A stretch of DNA of 63,601 bases, counting the filler. It is 5 parts of 5 records of this genome, joined end to end, with 100 filler letters (N's around TTAATTAATTAA, not from the genome) between each part and the next. Parts side by side here need not be neighbours in the genome. Positions count along the whole stretch, not along the records: positions 1 to 28,427 come from SRR31156797_4940; 4 more parts are not named here. One strand, given 5' to 3'. Below, in pieces: positions 1 to 7,934 of the stretch; position 1 is the stretch's first letter; every line of letters starts with the position of its first letter. The notes under the pieces were generated by a model that was not told where the DNA came from, did no database searches, and saw only the letters and a list, made by a program, of their open reading frames with translations. A program made the position numbers and the translations under genes.

Positions 1-1
1 T

Positions 2-163
2 GAGTGGGGATCACAAATTCGTTCCTATGTTTTTCAACCTTATAAAATGGTAAAAGACCTGAGAACAAATGTAGAGACCTCGAATGTTCAGGCCGTAATG
101 GATGGTGATATTGATATGTTTACCAAAGCCTTTTTAATGGAATTCGGCGATACCGCCCAATAA
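2..163 (+). CDS. prfB: Peptide chain release factor 2, C-terminal fragment (5'-truncated by window edge)
   Basis: Manual translation [22 protein letters not shown]...VMDGDID matches the RF2 C-terminus; stop TAA 161-163. Confidence 0.92.
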   Translation, partial: EWGSQIRSYVFQPYKMVKDLRTNVETSNVQAVMDGDIDMFTKAFLMEFGDTAQ

Positions 164-201
164 CTGAGCATCTATAAACAACTATAATAAAATAATCGAC
201 T

Positions 202-543
202 ATGATAACTATGTTACATAATCCTCGCTGTTCAAAAAGCCGCGAAGGACTTAAATATTTGGAAGAAAAAGGGATTACTCCCATCGTTGTTAAATATTTA
301 GACACGCCTCTTAACTACGAGGAACTTAAGCAAATTCTGGTAAAACTAAATATTAAACCAGAAGAGCTTTTGCGTAAAACCGAAGATTACTTTAAAAAAG
401 AAATCAAGGGAAAAGATTTATCTGATGAAGAATTGATACATGCTATGGTTGAAAATCCTAAGCTTATTGAAAGACCCATTGTTATTAACGGCCCCAAAGC
501 TGTTATCGCTCGTCCTGCAGAAAAAATTGATGAAATAATTTAG
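202..543 (+). CDS. arsC: Arsenate reductase (glutaredoxin-dependent ArsC family)
   Basis: HNPRCSKSR N-terminal motif and LIERPIV C-terminal motif; 113 aa. Confidence 0.88.
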   Translation: MITMLHNPRCSKSREGLKYLEEKGITPIVVKYLDTPLNYEELKQILVKLNIKPEELLRKTEDYFKKEIKGKDLSDEELIHAMVENPKLIERPIVINGPKAVIARPAEKIDEII

Positions 544-551
544 ATATACCA

Positions 552-575
552 AAGGCTGTCTTTTTCGACAGCCTT
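552..575. terminator. Bidirectional intrinsic terminator between convergent genes
   Basis: Perfect 9-bp stem AAGGCTGTC/GACAGCCTT with T-rich sequence downstream. Confidence 0.7.
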
Positions 576-2325
576 ATTTTTTTCCTAAAAAGCCATAGGT
601 TTCTTCCGGAAGATCTTTCACATTTAAGATCATTAAACCATCCAGACAATTATTAAAGTTTGGATCGACATTAAAACCAATAATTTGCGCATTCTGACGA
701 ATGTATTGTTTTAATAAAACCGGGATTTTAAGATATTCCGGTTCAATTCCCGAGATAAACTTATCCAGCTTTTGCATATCTCCTTCATATCTTTCCAGAA
801 TTACTTCTATCGAATCCGAGTCGGTTTTTACCTTAAATTCCTTTTTAGGATGCACATGAGCTGCTAACTCATAATTATAGTGATGCTTTTTAATAAAGGC
901 AATCAACAAATCCTTGGAGAAACGGGTAAAGTCATTGCTAATACTTACAGGGCCAATAATATATTGAATGGATTGATCTTTTAACAATATCCTTAAAATT
1001 CCCTGCCAAAGCAAAAATAAGGGCAATGGCTTTTGTTGGAATTCTTTTACCACAAAAGATCGTCCCAACTCTACGGATTTAGACAAAACCTTTTCCATCT
1101 TTTTATCCAAATCAAAAAGACTGGTAATATAAAAACCTTTACGGTTCCTCTTTTTCAAGATCTCCTTACCAAAGCCAACCCGGTAAGCTCCGATAATCTG
1201 TTTTTGACCCTTATGCCAGATAAATAAATGAGAATAATACGAATCGTAATGATCAACATCCAGTGCCTGATTAGTTCCTTCTCCAACAGCCCTAAAAGTA
1301 GTTTCGCGCAGCCTTCCCAACTCTTTAATAACATTAGGAATATTCTCCGGTTTTGAAAGATACACCTGGTATTCTGACTTCTCAAAAAGCAGGGCTTCCT
1401 CTTTGATGGCATTGATTTCGGCTTGCAACACTTCCGGAGCAAGCGGACTCATAATATCAACCTGCTTTCGGGAAATTCTATGGCTAACTTTATGATGCTT
1501 CTTTTTAACATCTGGTTTTGAATCCAACGCATACAAACAAGTTCGCAAATATTTCCCTACCCTTTTAACACTATCCATCTCACTTAGCAATTCCGGTTGT
1601 ATTGGCTTTCCTATTCTTACCTGTATAGTTGTATTTTCCTTTTTAAAAAACTCTCCCGGAATAGAAAGCGTGCGTAAATAGGGATGTATTTTTCCTAACA
1701 AATGAAACACTAGGCTGTTATGCCCGCTAAAATACATGGGAACTACCGGAACATTGGCCTTCTTCAGAAACTTAACCACACCTTTGTCCCATTCTTTGTC
1801 CTCAATTTTACCAAAACCCTTTTGCATAGTAGAAACCTCACCAGCCGGAAAGATTCCCAAAGGACTTCCTGAACGAAGATGCTGAAATGCAGTTTTTATA
1901 CCATTTACATTGTCGGAACTATTATTTTCGAAAGGATTTAATTCGATAAAAGAATCTGCCAAAGGTTCTATTTCTTTTAAAAAGAAGTTGGCCATTACTT
2001 TAAATTCAGGATATAAATCACTCAAAACCTTAATCATGATAATACCGTCCAAAAAACCAAAGGGATGATTAGCCATCACAATAAACGGCCCCGACTTAGG
2101 AATATTCTTCAGTTCTGTCTCTGGCAAATCCACCTGAATATTCAATCTCTCCAGAACTTTATCTATGATTTTAGCATGAGTTGATTCGGTTGAAATATGC
2201 GAATATTGAATCAAATCATTAATTCGATCAATCTTTAAGTATTTAAAAAGCAGCTTTTGCGCTACAGGATTTTTTATAGATAACAACCCGGCTTCTTCAA
2301 GACTTTCGGCAGTTATTTTATTCAT
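574..2325 (-). CDS. Bifunctional PlsC-type acyltransferase plus GNAT N-acyltransferase (OlsF-like amino-lipid synthase)
   Basis: NHPFGFLDG (HxxxxD) and IFPAGEVS acyltransferase motifs; C-terminal ELGRLRETTFRAVGEG...VELGRSFV GNAT-like domain. Confidence 0.8.
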   Translation of the reverse strand: MNKITAESLEEAGLLSIKNPVAQKLLFKYLKIDRINDLIQYSHISTESTHAKIIDKVLERLNIQVDLPETELKNIPKSGPFIVMANHPFGFLDGIIMIKVLSDLYPEFKVMANFFLKEIEPLADSFIELNPFENNSSDNVNGIKTAFQHLRSGSPLGIFPAGEVSTMQKGFGKIEDKEWDKGVVKFLKKANVPVVPMYFSGHNSLVFHLLGKIHPYLRTLSIPGEFFKKENTTIQVRIGKPIQPELLSEMDSVKRVGKYLRTCLYALDSKPDVKKKHHKVSHRISRKQVDIMSPLAPEVLQAEINAIKEEALLFEKSEYQVYLSKPENIPNVIKELGRLRETTFRAVGEGTNQALDVDHYDSYYSHLFIWHKGQKQIIGAYRVGFGKEILKKRNRKGFYITSLFDLDKKMEKVLSKSVELGRSFVVKEFQQKPLPLFLLWQGILRILLKDQSIQYIIGPVSISNDFTRFSKDLLIAFIKKHHYNYELAAHVHPKKEFKVKTDSDSIEVILERYEGDMQKLDKFISGIEPEYLKIPVLLKQYIRQNAQIIGFNVDPNFNNCLDGLMILNVKDLPEETYGFLGKK

Positions 2326-2370
2326 ATTAAATGAGTGATTAAAGTATTAATTATTGAACGTATTGGCTCA

Positions 2371-3384
2371 TTATGCAAATAGAGGTTCGTCGATATGCTG
2401 CGTATGTGCTTTTACAATGGACGAAATAATCCAGTTGGTTTCATCGGGATAATTCACCTCTACAATAGCATCACTTTTCAACCAATTTCTAAATGCACTT
2501 TCTTCTATTTGGTTGAGTGTATTGTACACAGGCACTCCCATAGAAGCCAACATGGCCGCATTACATTGCTGCTCATATTGTCCTGTCATAGGTAGCACAC
2601 ACAGTTTCTTTTTTAAAAACAAAGACTCTGCAGGTGTTTCAAAACCGGCATTACAAAGCACACCTTTAGACGAAACAAGGCTTTTCACAAAACCATCTTT
2701 ATTAACAGGTTGAACATGCACATTTTTAAAAGTAAAGGCCTCTTTATTATGCTTCGAAAAGACTTGCCATTCCACCTCAGGGTAACGAGATAAAAAGTTG
2801 GTAATTACTTCATCAGAATAAGAAGGCAAGTACACGGTAAAATGCTCGCCATTTGTAGGTTGTAACTTTCTGATATCAGCACGAATAACCGGAGTAAAAA
2901 AACCATCTCCTAAACTCTTAAAATGAAAACCATAGTGCTGATTGGCCGGAGCATAATTCTTTAAAATAGCTCTGCCAATTACACTCTTCACCTTTGGGTT
3001 TGGTGCATCCGGATGTAAAACAGCAGCCTGATGCGACACGCCAATACACGGTTTTCCTTTTAATCGGCAAGCCCAGGCCACTACAGGTTCAAAATCATTG
3101 ATCACTAAATCATAATCTTTAACCGGCACTTTAAGTATTTCTGAAAATAAATTGAAAGCATTAATATTTTTAAGGGTAGCTTGAAAGTCAACGCCTCCTT
3201 TCTTTCCGAATATAAAACTTGCTCCGGCATACCTGTATTTTACAGGCCAGGGCAATGCAATATCGCTTTGATTTCCGCTTAAAGCGATGTCTACACTCCC
3301 GCATTTTTTTAATTGCGGAATTACATCTAAGGCGCGAGCCACATGGCCGTTACCTGTTCCTTGAATGGCATATAGAATTTTCAT
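2371..3384 (-). CDS. Glycosyltransferase (GT-B fold, MJ1255/VC2487-like family)
   Basis: MKILYAIQGTGNGH...INDFEP...NAGFETPAE...GQYEQQCNA; start placed at MKILY. Confidence 0.8.
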   Translation of the reverse strand: MKILYAIQGTGNGHVARALDVIPQLKKCGSVDIALSGNQSDIALPWPVKYRYAGASFIFGKKGGVDFQATLKNINAFNLFSEILKVPVKDYDLVINDFEPVVAWACRLKGKPCIGVSHQAAVLHPDAPNPKVKSVIGRAILKNYAPANQHYGFHFKSLGDGFFTPVIRADIRKLQPTNGEHFTVYLPSYSDEVITNFLSRYPEVEWQVFSKHNKEAFTFKNVHVQPVNKDGFVKSLVSSKGVLCNAGFETPAESLFLKKKLCVLPMTGQYEQQCNAAMLASMGVPVYNTLNQIEESAFRNWLKSDAIVEVNYPDETNWIISSIVKAHTQHIDEPLFA

Positions 3385-3444
3385 AATACCTGGCATTAAG
3401 TTACAAACGCAGCGTAAACTACCCGAAACAGGTAGCTTATGGGT

Positions 3445-4326
3445 CTAGTTGTCGCTTAGGATTTCTTTAAACATGGTTTTAAAAAGCAGCTTATCTGAAC
3501 CCAGCAAGTGATCCATATCCACCAATTCTTCATCAGCAGATTCTGGTTCTTCCGGATTATAATACACCAACTGCCAGTCGTTATCTATATACTCCAAAGC
3601 GGTTAAGTTCTCAACCCAATCGCCGGAATTCAAATACATAACCGAACCATGATCATTAGTGATGATTTTTTTTGCAGGCCAATGAATGTGACCACAAATA
3701 GCATATTTATAGTTCTTTTGAATCGCTAAATCGCTCACTGTTTTTTCGAAACGCGTGGTTACTTCTGTCTTTTTAGAAGTCTTTACCATCCGCTTAATAT
3801 CACGGGAAAGTGAAATACGTCTTTGCCCAAACAAAGCCAGAAAACCATTTGCCATTTTATTAATGGCTGTTAGCATTGCATAACCTGTAGCTCCTAGTTT
3901 TGCCAACCATTTTGAATGATGCATCACCACATCAAAAGCATCACCATGAAAAACCCAGCTTTTCTCACCATTCATATCGAGCAACACTTTATTTACGATG
4001 GAAATATTACCCATATTAACACCCACAAAGCGGCGCAGAGCCTCATCATGATTTCCTATAATATAATACACCTTAGTTCCCTGCTCCATCATTTTAATAA
4101 TCTGACGAACAATTTTCAGTTGTGGCTTTGGGAAATAAGATTTAGAGAACTGCCAGATATCGATGATATCTCCGTTTAGCAATAAAGTTTTTGGTTGAAT
4201 AGATTTCAAATAGCCTAATAGCTCTTTTGCTTTACAACTGCGTGTTCCTAGATGTAAGTCAGAAATCACAACAGCTTCAACCTTCCTGGGTGTTCTTTTC
4301 TGATTTGTATTCATTTTCTCCAACAA
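3445..4326 (-). CDS. LpxH/PlcP-family metallophosphoesterase
   Basis: SDLHLG, GDIID, GNHD, HGD, CGHIH and NSGDWVE motifs. Confidence 0.85.
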   Translation of the reverse strand: MLEKMNTNQKRTPRKVEAVVISDLHLGTRSCKAKELLGYLKSIQPKTLLLNGDIIDIWQFSKSYFPKPQLKIVRQIIKMMEQGTKVYYIIGNHDEALRRFVGVNMGNISIVNKVLLDMNGEKSWVFHGDAFDVVMHHSKWLAKLGATGYAMLTAINKMANGFLALFGQRRISLSRDIKRMVKTSKKTEVTTRFEKTVSDLAIQKNYKYAICGHIHWPAKKIITNDHGSVMYLNSGDWVENLTALEYIDNDWQLVYYNPEEPESADEELVDMDHLLGSDKLLFKTMFKEILSDN

Positions 4327-4335
4327 TTATTAGGA

Positions 4336-4343
4336 CAAAACTA
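4336..4343 (-). promoter_or_regulatory. Bacteroidota sigma-A -7 element (TAnnTTTG)
   Basis: TAGTTTTG on minus strand just upstream of the metallophosphoesterase. Confidence 0.5.
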
Positions 4344-4462
4344 GCTGGCAAAAAACAACTAATTGCAAACTGAACTTAAAGAAAATGTAAATAAAAATCC
4401 TGCGTTAAATAATTGTAAACTAGCCCATAGAAGAACTCACAACTTAACGCCTTCACACATCA

Positions 4463-5107
4463 CTAAGCCCAAACAGGTATGGACAGAACATCACGTTTTC
4501 GAAGTAAGTATTGCCAATAGGAATATAAATCGTGGATAAAAACGGGAGATACTCCTTCGGTTTTAACCAAACTACTCCTTCGGGCTATAATAACAGAATG
4601 ATCCGGATTATCCCTGTCTGATGAAATCATATAAGAAGCTTCCAGCTTGAAGAATTCATCATTAAAAACAAAGCCCTTATCATACAAAATCACTTCTATC
4701 CTATATTTACTGCATTGCGATATAAAAGTTTCTAACTCCGCTTCTTTTATACCTTTTAAATCATCCAACACAAGAAAGATGGCTGACAAATTGGAGTGAT
4801 TTGCTATCATCTGTTGCAACAAAGCAGGAGTCGGCAACTTTCTTTTAATCTTATAATGCAGCTTATGCGTTTCGCATATCGAAGCTATTTCGTTGGCAGA
4901 TTCGCCTCCAATCAATAATACTTGGTCATTATACGACACTACTGAGCACAAAAGCACTTCCGTTGAAAAACGGATGCTTCGACTAAAGGGAATAACTTCC
5001 TTATCAGGGATTCCAAATGAATGGTTAATATCCTGCTCTCCTAAGAGTTCCTGAACATTAACGGGACGATCAATTAAATCATGATGATTACACAAAGCAG
5101 ATTCCAT
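4463..5107 (-). CDS. Divergent, truncated PhnW-like (class V aminotransferase fold) protein lacking the PLP lysine
   Basis: YMISSDRD and IIARRSSL...DLYSYWQ align by eye with PhnW YLISSANK and VIAR...DLYDQW; only 214 aa. Confidence 0.55.
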   Translation of the reverse strand: MESALCNHHDLIDRPVNVQELLGEQDINHSFGIPDKEVIPFSRSIRFSTEVLLCSVVSYNDQVLLIGGESANEIASICETHKLHYKIKRKLPTPALLQQMIANHSNLSAIFLVLDDLKGIKEAELETFISQCSKYRIEVILYDKGFVFNDEFFKLEASYMISSDRDNPDHSVIIARRSSLVKTEGVSPVFIHDLYSYWQYLLRKRDVLSIPVWA

Positions 5108-5147
5108 AGCAAAGAACCATTATAAAACATTGTTAAATAATAGTTTG

Positions 5148-5155
5148 CAAAGTTA
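5148..5155 (-). promoter_or_regulatory. Bacteroidota sigma-A -7 element
   Basis: TAACTTTG on minus strand about 40 nt upstream of the ATG at 5107. Confidence 0.5.
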
Positions 5156-5321
5156 CCTTATACACAAACACACATAATTAATAGAATCTTATTCAATTAT
5201 TAATTTAAAGCACTGCATTTCTATCAAATTTGCATGATGCAAGCAAAAGCATAACTTCGTACAAATATTCTATATTCAATAACAAGTAGAAGCATCGATT
5301 TACATTTAAACTCTTAATTTA

Positions 5322-5765
5322 ATGAAATACATATATACACTAATCGTATTAGGCATTGGCTGCTTTTTAGCCATACAGGGAAGTATTAACACGCAACTCA
5401 CTACATATTTAAAACATCCATTACAAGGCGCTTTGGTAAATTTTTTAGTAGGAACACTGGCTTTAATTGGACTTAACTTTATTTTTAAAACACACATGCC
5501 GGATTGGGCTCATGTGAAAACAGCGCCCTGGTATTTGTTTGCCGGAGGTATGCTGGGTGCTATTTTTGTTTCTTCAGTTATCTTTTTTATCCCTAAAATT
5601 GGCGTAACTACTGTTTTAGCAGCCTCCATTGCAGGCCAATTAATTGCAGCTTCTATTGTTGATCATTATGGTTTTTTCGGCATTACAATCCACACCATTA
5701 GCCCGGGAAGAATTATTGGTATTTTATTATTGATGGGTGGCATATTTTTAATTCAGAAGTATTGA
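5322..5765 (+). CDS. DMT-superfamily transporter (YdcZ/DUF606-like)
   Basis: Hydrophobic 147 aa; QGSINTQL, GGMLGAIFV, GQLIAASIVDHYG. Confidence 0.85.
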   Translation: MKYIYTLIVLGIGCFLAIQGSINTQLTTYLKHPLQGALVNFLVGTLALIGLNFIFKTHMPDWAHVKTAPWYLFAGGMLGAIFVSSVIFFIPKIGVTTVLAASIAGQLIAASIVDHYGFFGITIHTISPGRIIGILLLMGGIFLIQKY

Positions 5766-5873
5766 TATTCCAGTTGGCTCAGCTCACTTCTTAATTATTT
5801 TCACTCCTCCATGCAGCACAACTCTTCCATTCTGCATTCTTTATATTAAACCAACATCTTAAATCTACAAAGT

Positions 5874-6371
5874 TTGAAACGAAAACACATAAAAGAGAAA
5901 GAGTTGTATTATGAATATGCAGAAGGTTTGTTTAAAATTTGCATACGCTATTTAAATAATAAAGAAACAGCAGAAGAGATTTTAAATGATGCTTTTATCA
6001 AAATATTTAAGAATTTATCTGCTTTCAAACCTCATTCTTCTAAGAGCTTATTCTTTTGGATGAAGAAAATAATCATTAATGAATGCTTAATGCACATTAG
6101 AAAAACAAACCATCCAAGATTCATTGAAATTAACGACTGGGATGCACCTGAAGAACTCAGTTTAGATTGTGAATACAAAGACCTTTGCAAAATATTTGAC
6201 TTATTACCAATCGGCTACCGAACCGTTTTCAACATGTATGTAATAGATAATTTCTCACATAAAGAAATCGCGGAAAAGTTAGGCATAACAGAAAGCACTT
6301 CTCGCTCTCAACTAACTATGGCAAGAAAACAATTAAAGAAACACTTAAAGACTTTTGGATATGTGGGATAA
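5874..6371 (+). CDS. ECF RNA polymerase sigma factor
   Basis: Region 2 AEEILNDAFIKIF; region 4 LPIGYRTVFNMYVIDNFSHKEIAEKLGITESTSRSQL. Confidence 0.88.
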   Translation: MKRKHIKEKELYYEYAEGLFKICIRYLNNKETAEEILNDAFIKIFKNLSAFKPHSSKSLFFWMKKIIINECLMHIRKTNHPRFIEINDWDAPEELSLDCEYKDLCKIFDLLPIGYRTVFNMYVIDNFSHKEIAEKLGITESTSRSQLTMARKQLKKHLKTFGYVG

Positions 6372-6696
6372 CAAAGAAGAGATAGATAACATTTTTAAGG
6401 CTGAGCTTACAAATTCCAATATAGTTTTCGATAAGCATTCATCCTGGAACAAACTTGAAAAAAAACACAGAAAAAGAAGTATTAAAATTTCTGCAACTAT
6501 AGCCGCTGCTATATTATTTGGGTTACTTATAGTATCCGCATTATTATTAATGCCAAACAAAAAGAAAGAAAACACTTTAAGCTTGGCTGAAAAAAGAAAA
6601 ATGCTCCACGAATTTGAAAAAATAATACAACAACCAGTTTATAAAATATCAAGCTATAAAAACAGTGAAATGATATTAACAAAAATTGAAAATTGA
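6355..6696 (+). CDS. Small single-TM protein, putative anti-sigma factor
   Basis: Overlaps the ECF stop codon; one hydrophobic helix after a basic patch. Confidence 0.5.
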   Translation: MDMWDNKEEIDNIFKAELTNSNIVFDKHSSWNKLEKKHRKRSIKISATIAAAILFGLLIVSALLLMPNKKKENTLSLAEKRKMLHEFEKIIQQPVYKISSYKNSEMILTKIEN

Positions 6697-6743
6697 GATA
6701 GAGTCTTTAACAATCAAAATCCCAGTCATTAAATAATTACACT

Positions 6744-7685
6744 ATGAAAAATTATATTAGCGCAGTCTTATTTTTAATCATTCTTACTTCTTGTAACCAG
6801 AATGAAAAAAATGTATTACAAACACAGCATATTGATGCTTATCTCATTATCCCTTCAGAAAATAAAGACAATAGCATAAATTATAACACTGAGCCTATCA
6901 TCAAAACCCTAAAGGGAAAAACCCAAGACATCAATAAAAACATTTATTCAGCTAAATTCATCGATTGGGGAAATCATTTATGGTACCCTGATTACAAACA
7001 GTATAAAAACAACACTGACGTTTTATATAAGAGTACTGGGAAAGAAAGTGAAATGCTACAAAATATGAAATCCATCTATTTTCATGAACAATGGTTTTTA
7101 GACGATGGAATTACTTCTTTCTCAAAAGTAGTAAAAGCATGGTACCCTGCTTTTCAAATCGTTAAAAACAACAAAATAAAAACGCGAACTCCTATGAGTA
7201 TAATTCCCGATAATGATTTAAAGGGTTCACTTCTTAACAATAAAGTATATACAGAAGTATATCTTCTTCATTACGGAGAACGAATTCCTATGGTTTTAGG
7301 TATGAACTATTCCCATTTCTTTAAAACTGTTATAAACAAAATTAAAGATGGAAGTCTCAAAGCTTACGATCCAATATATTTTGTTGATGGAACTAAGAAA
7401 CAATTTAGTATTTATGATATTCAAGAGTACATCAATAAAGATTTAGCAGACACAATGCAGGTTAATAATAATGGACAATATGAAACTGTACTTGTAAGTA
7501 AATATACACTTGATCAATATGATGTGACATCTTTAGTTTTTGAAGAAGATTGGTATTTTAATAAGGAAACGCTTAATATTCATAAAGAGGTAAAAGCACT
7601 GGGCTTTGGCGCATATTTTGAAAATCAACCTATGAAACCAAGTACAGAAAAGCTGGATCTATTATTTGTATTAGTTTTTGACTAA
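6744..7685 (+). CDS. Lipoprotein with two GldN-like segments
   Basis: Lipobox ILTSC; repeated motif FHEQWFLD...KVVKAW and FEEDWYFNKETLNIHKEVKALG resembling GldN/PorN. Confidence 0.5.
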   Translation: MKNYISAVLFLIILTSCNQNEKNVLQTQHIDAYLIIPSENKDNSINYNTEPIIKTLKGKTQDINKNIYSAKFIDWGNHLWYPDYKQYKNNTDVLYKSTGKESEMLQNMKSIYFHEQWFLDDGITSFSKVVKAWYPAFQIVKNNKIKTRTPMSIIPDNDLKGSLLNNKVYTEVYLLHYGERIPMVLGMNYSHFFKTVINKIKDGSLKAYDPIYFVDGTKKQFSIYDIQEYINKDLADTMQVNNNGQYETVLVSKYTLDQYDVTSLVFEEDWYFNKETLNIHKEVKALGFGAYFENQPMKPSTEKLDLLFVLVFD

Positions 7686-7934
7686 GCTTTTTTTACTTCA
7701 ACTAGTAATAAAACCTACACATAACTTGTTATGTCAAAATCACATAGACATAGAAAAAATTTTATACCTATGCGATTTATTCTATGCCCATAAAAAAGTT
7801 CCTATGCTTATTAGATATATGCGCTATGCTCAACAATTCTTTTATCATCTAAGGTATTATTATTGCTCACTTTGCATAAAGTAAAAAAGGCCATCTCCAT
7901 GGAGACAGCCTTCTTCTTATCTTTGAATTATAAT

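Noticed and set aside
7678-7884. 68-aa ORF and recurring CTATGC words in the intergenic region
   Set aside because: The ORF has no recognisable features. CTATGC spacing is irregular (14, 20, 22 nt), with no CRISPR-like repeat-spacer structure.
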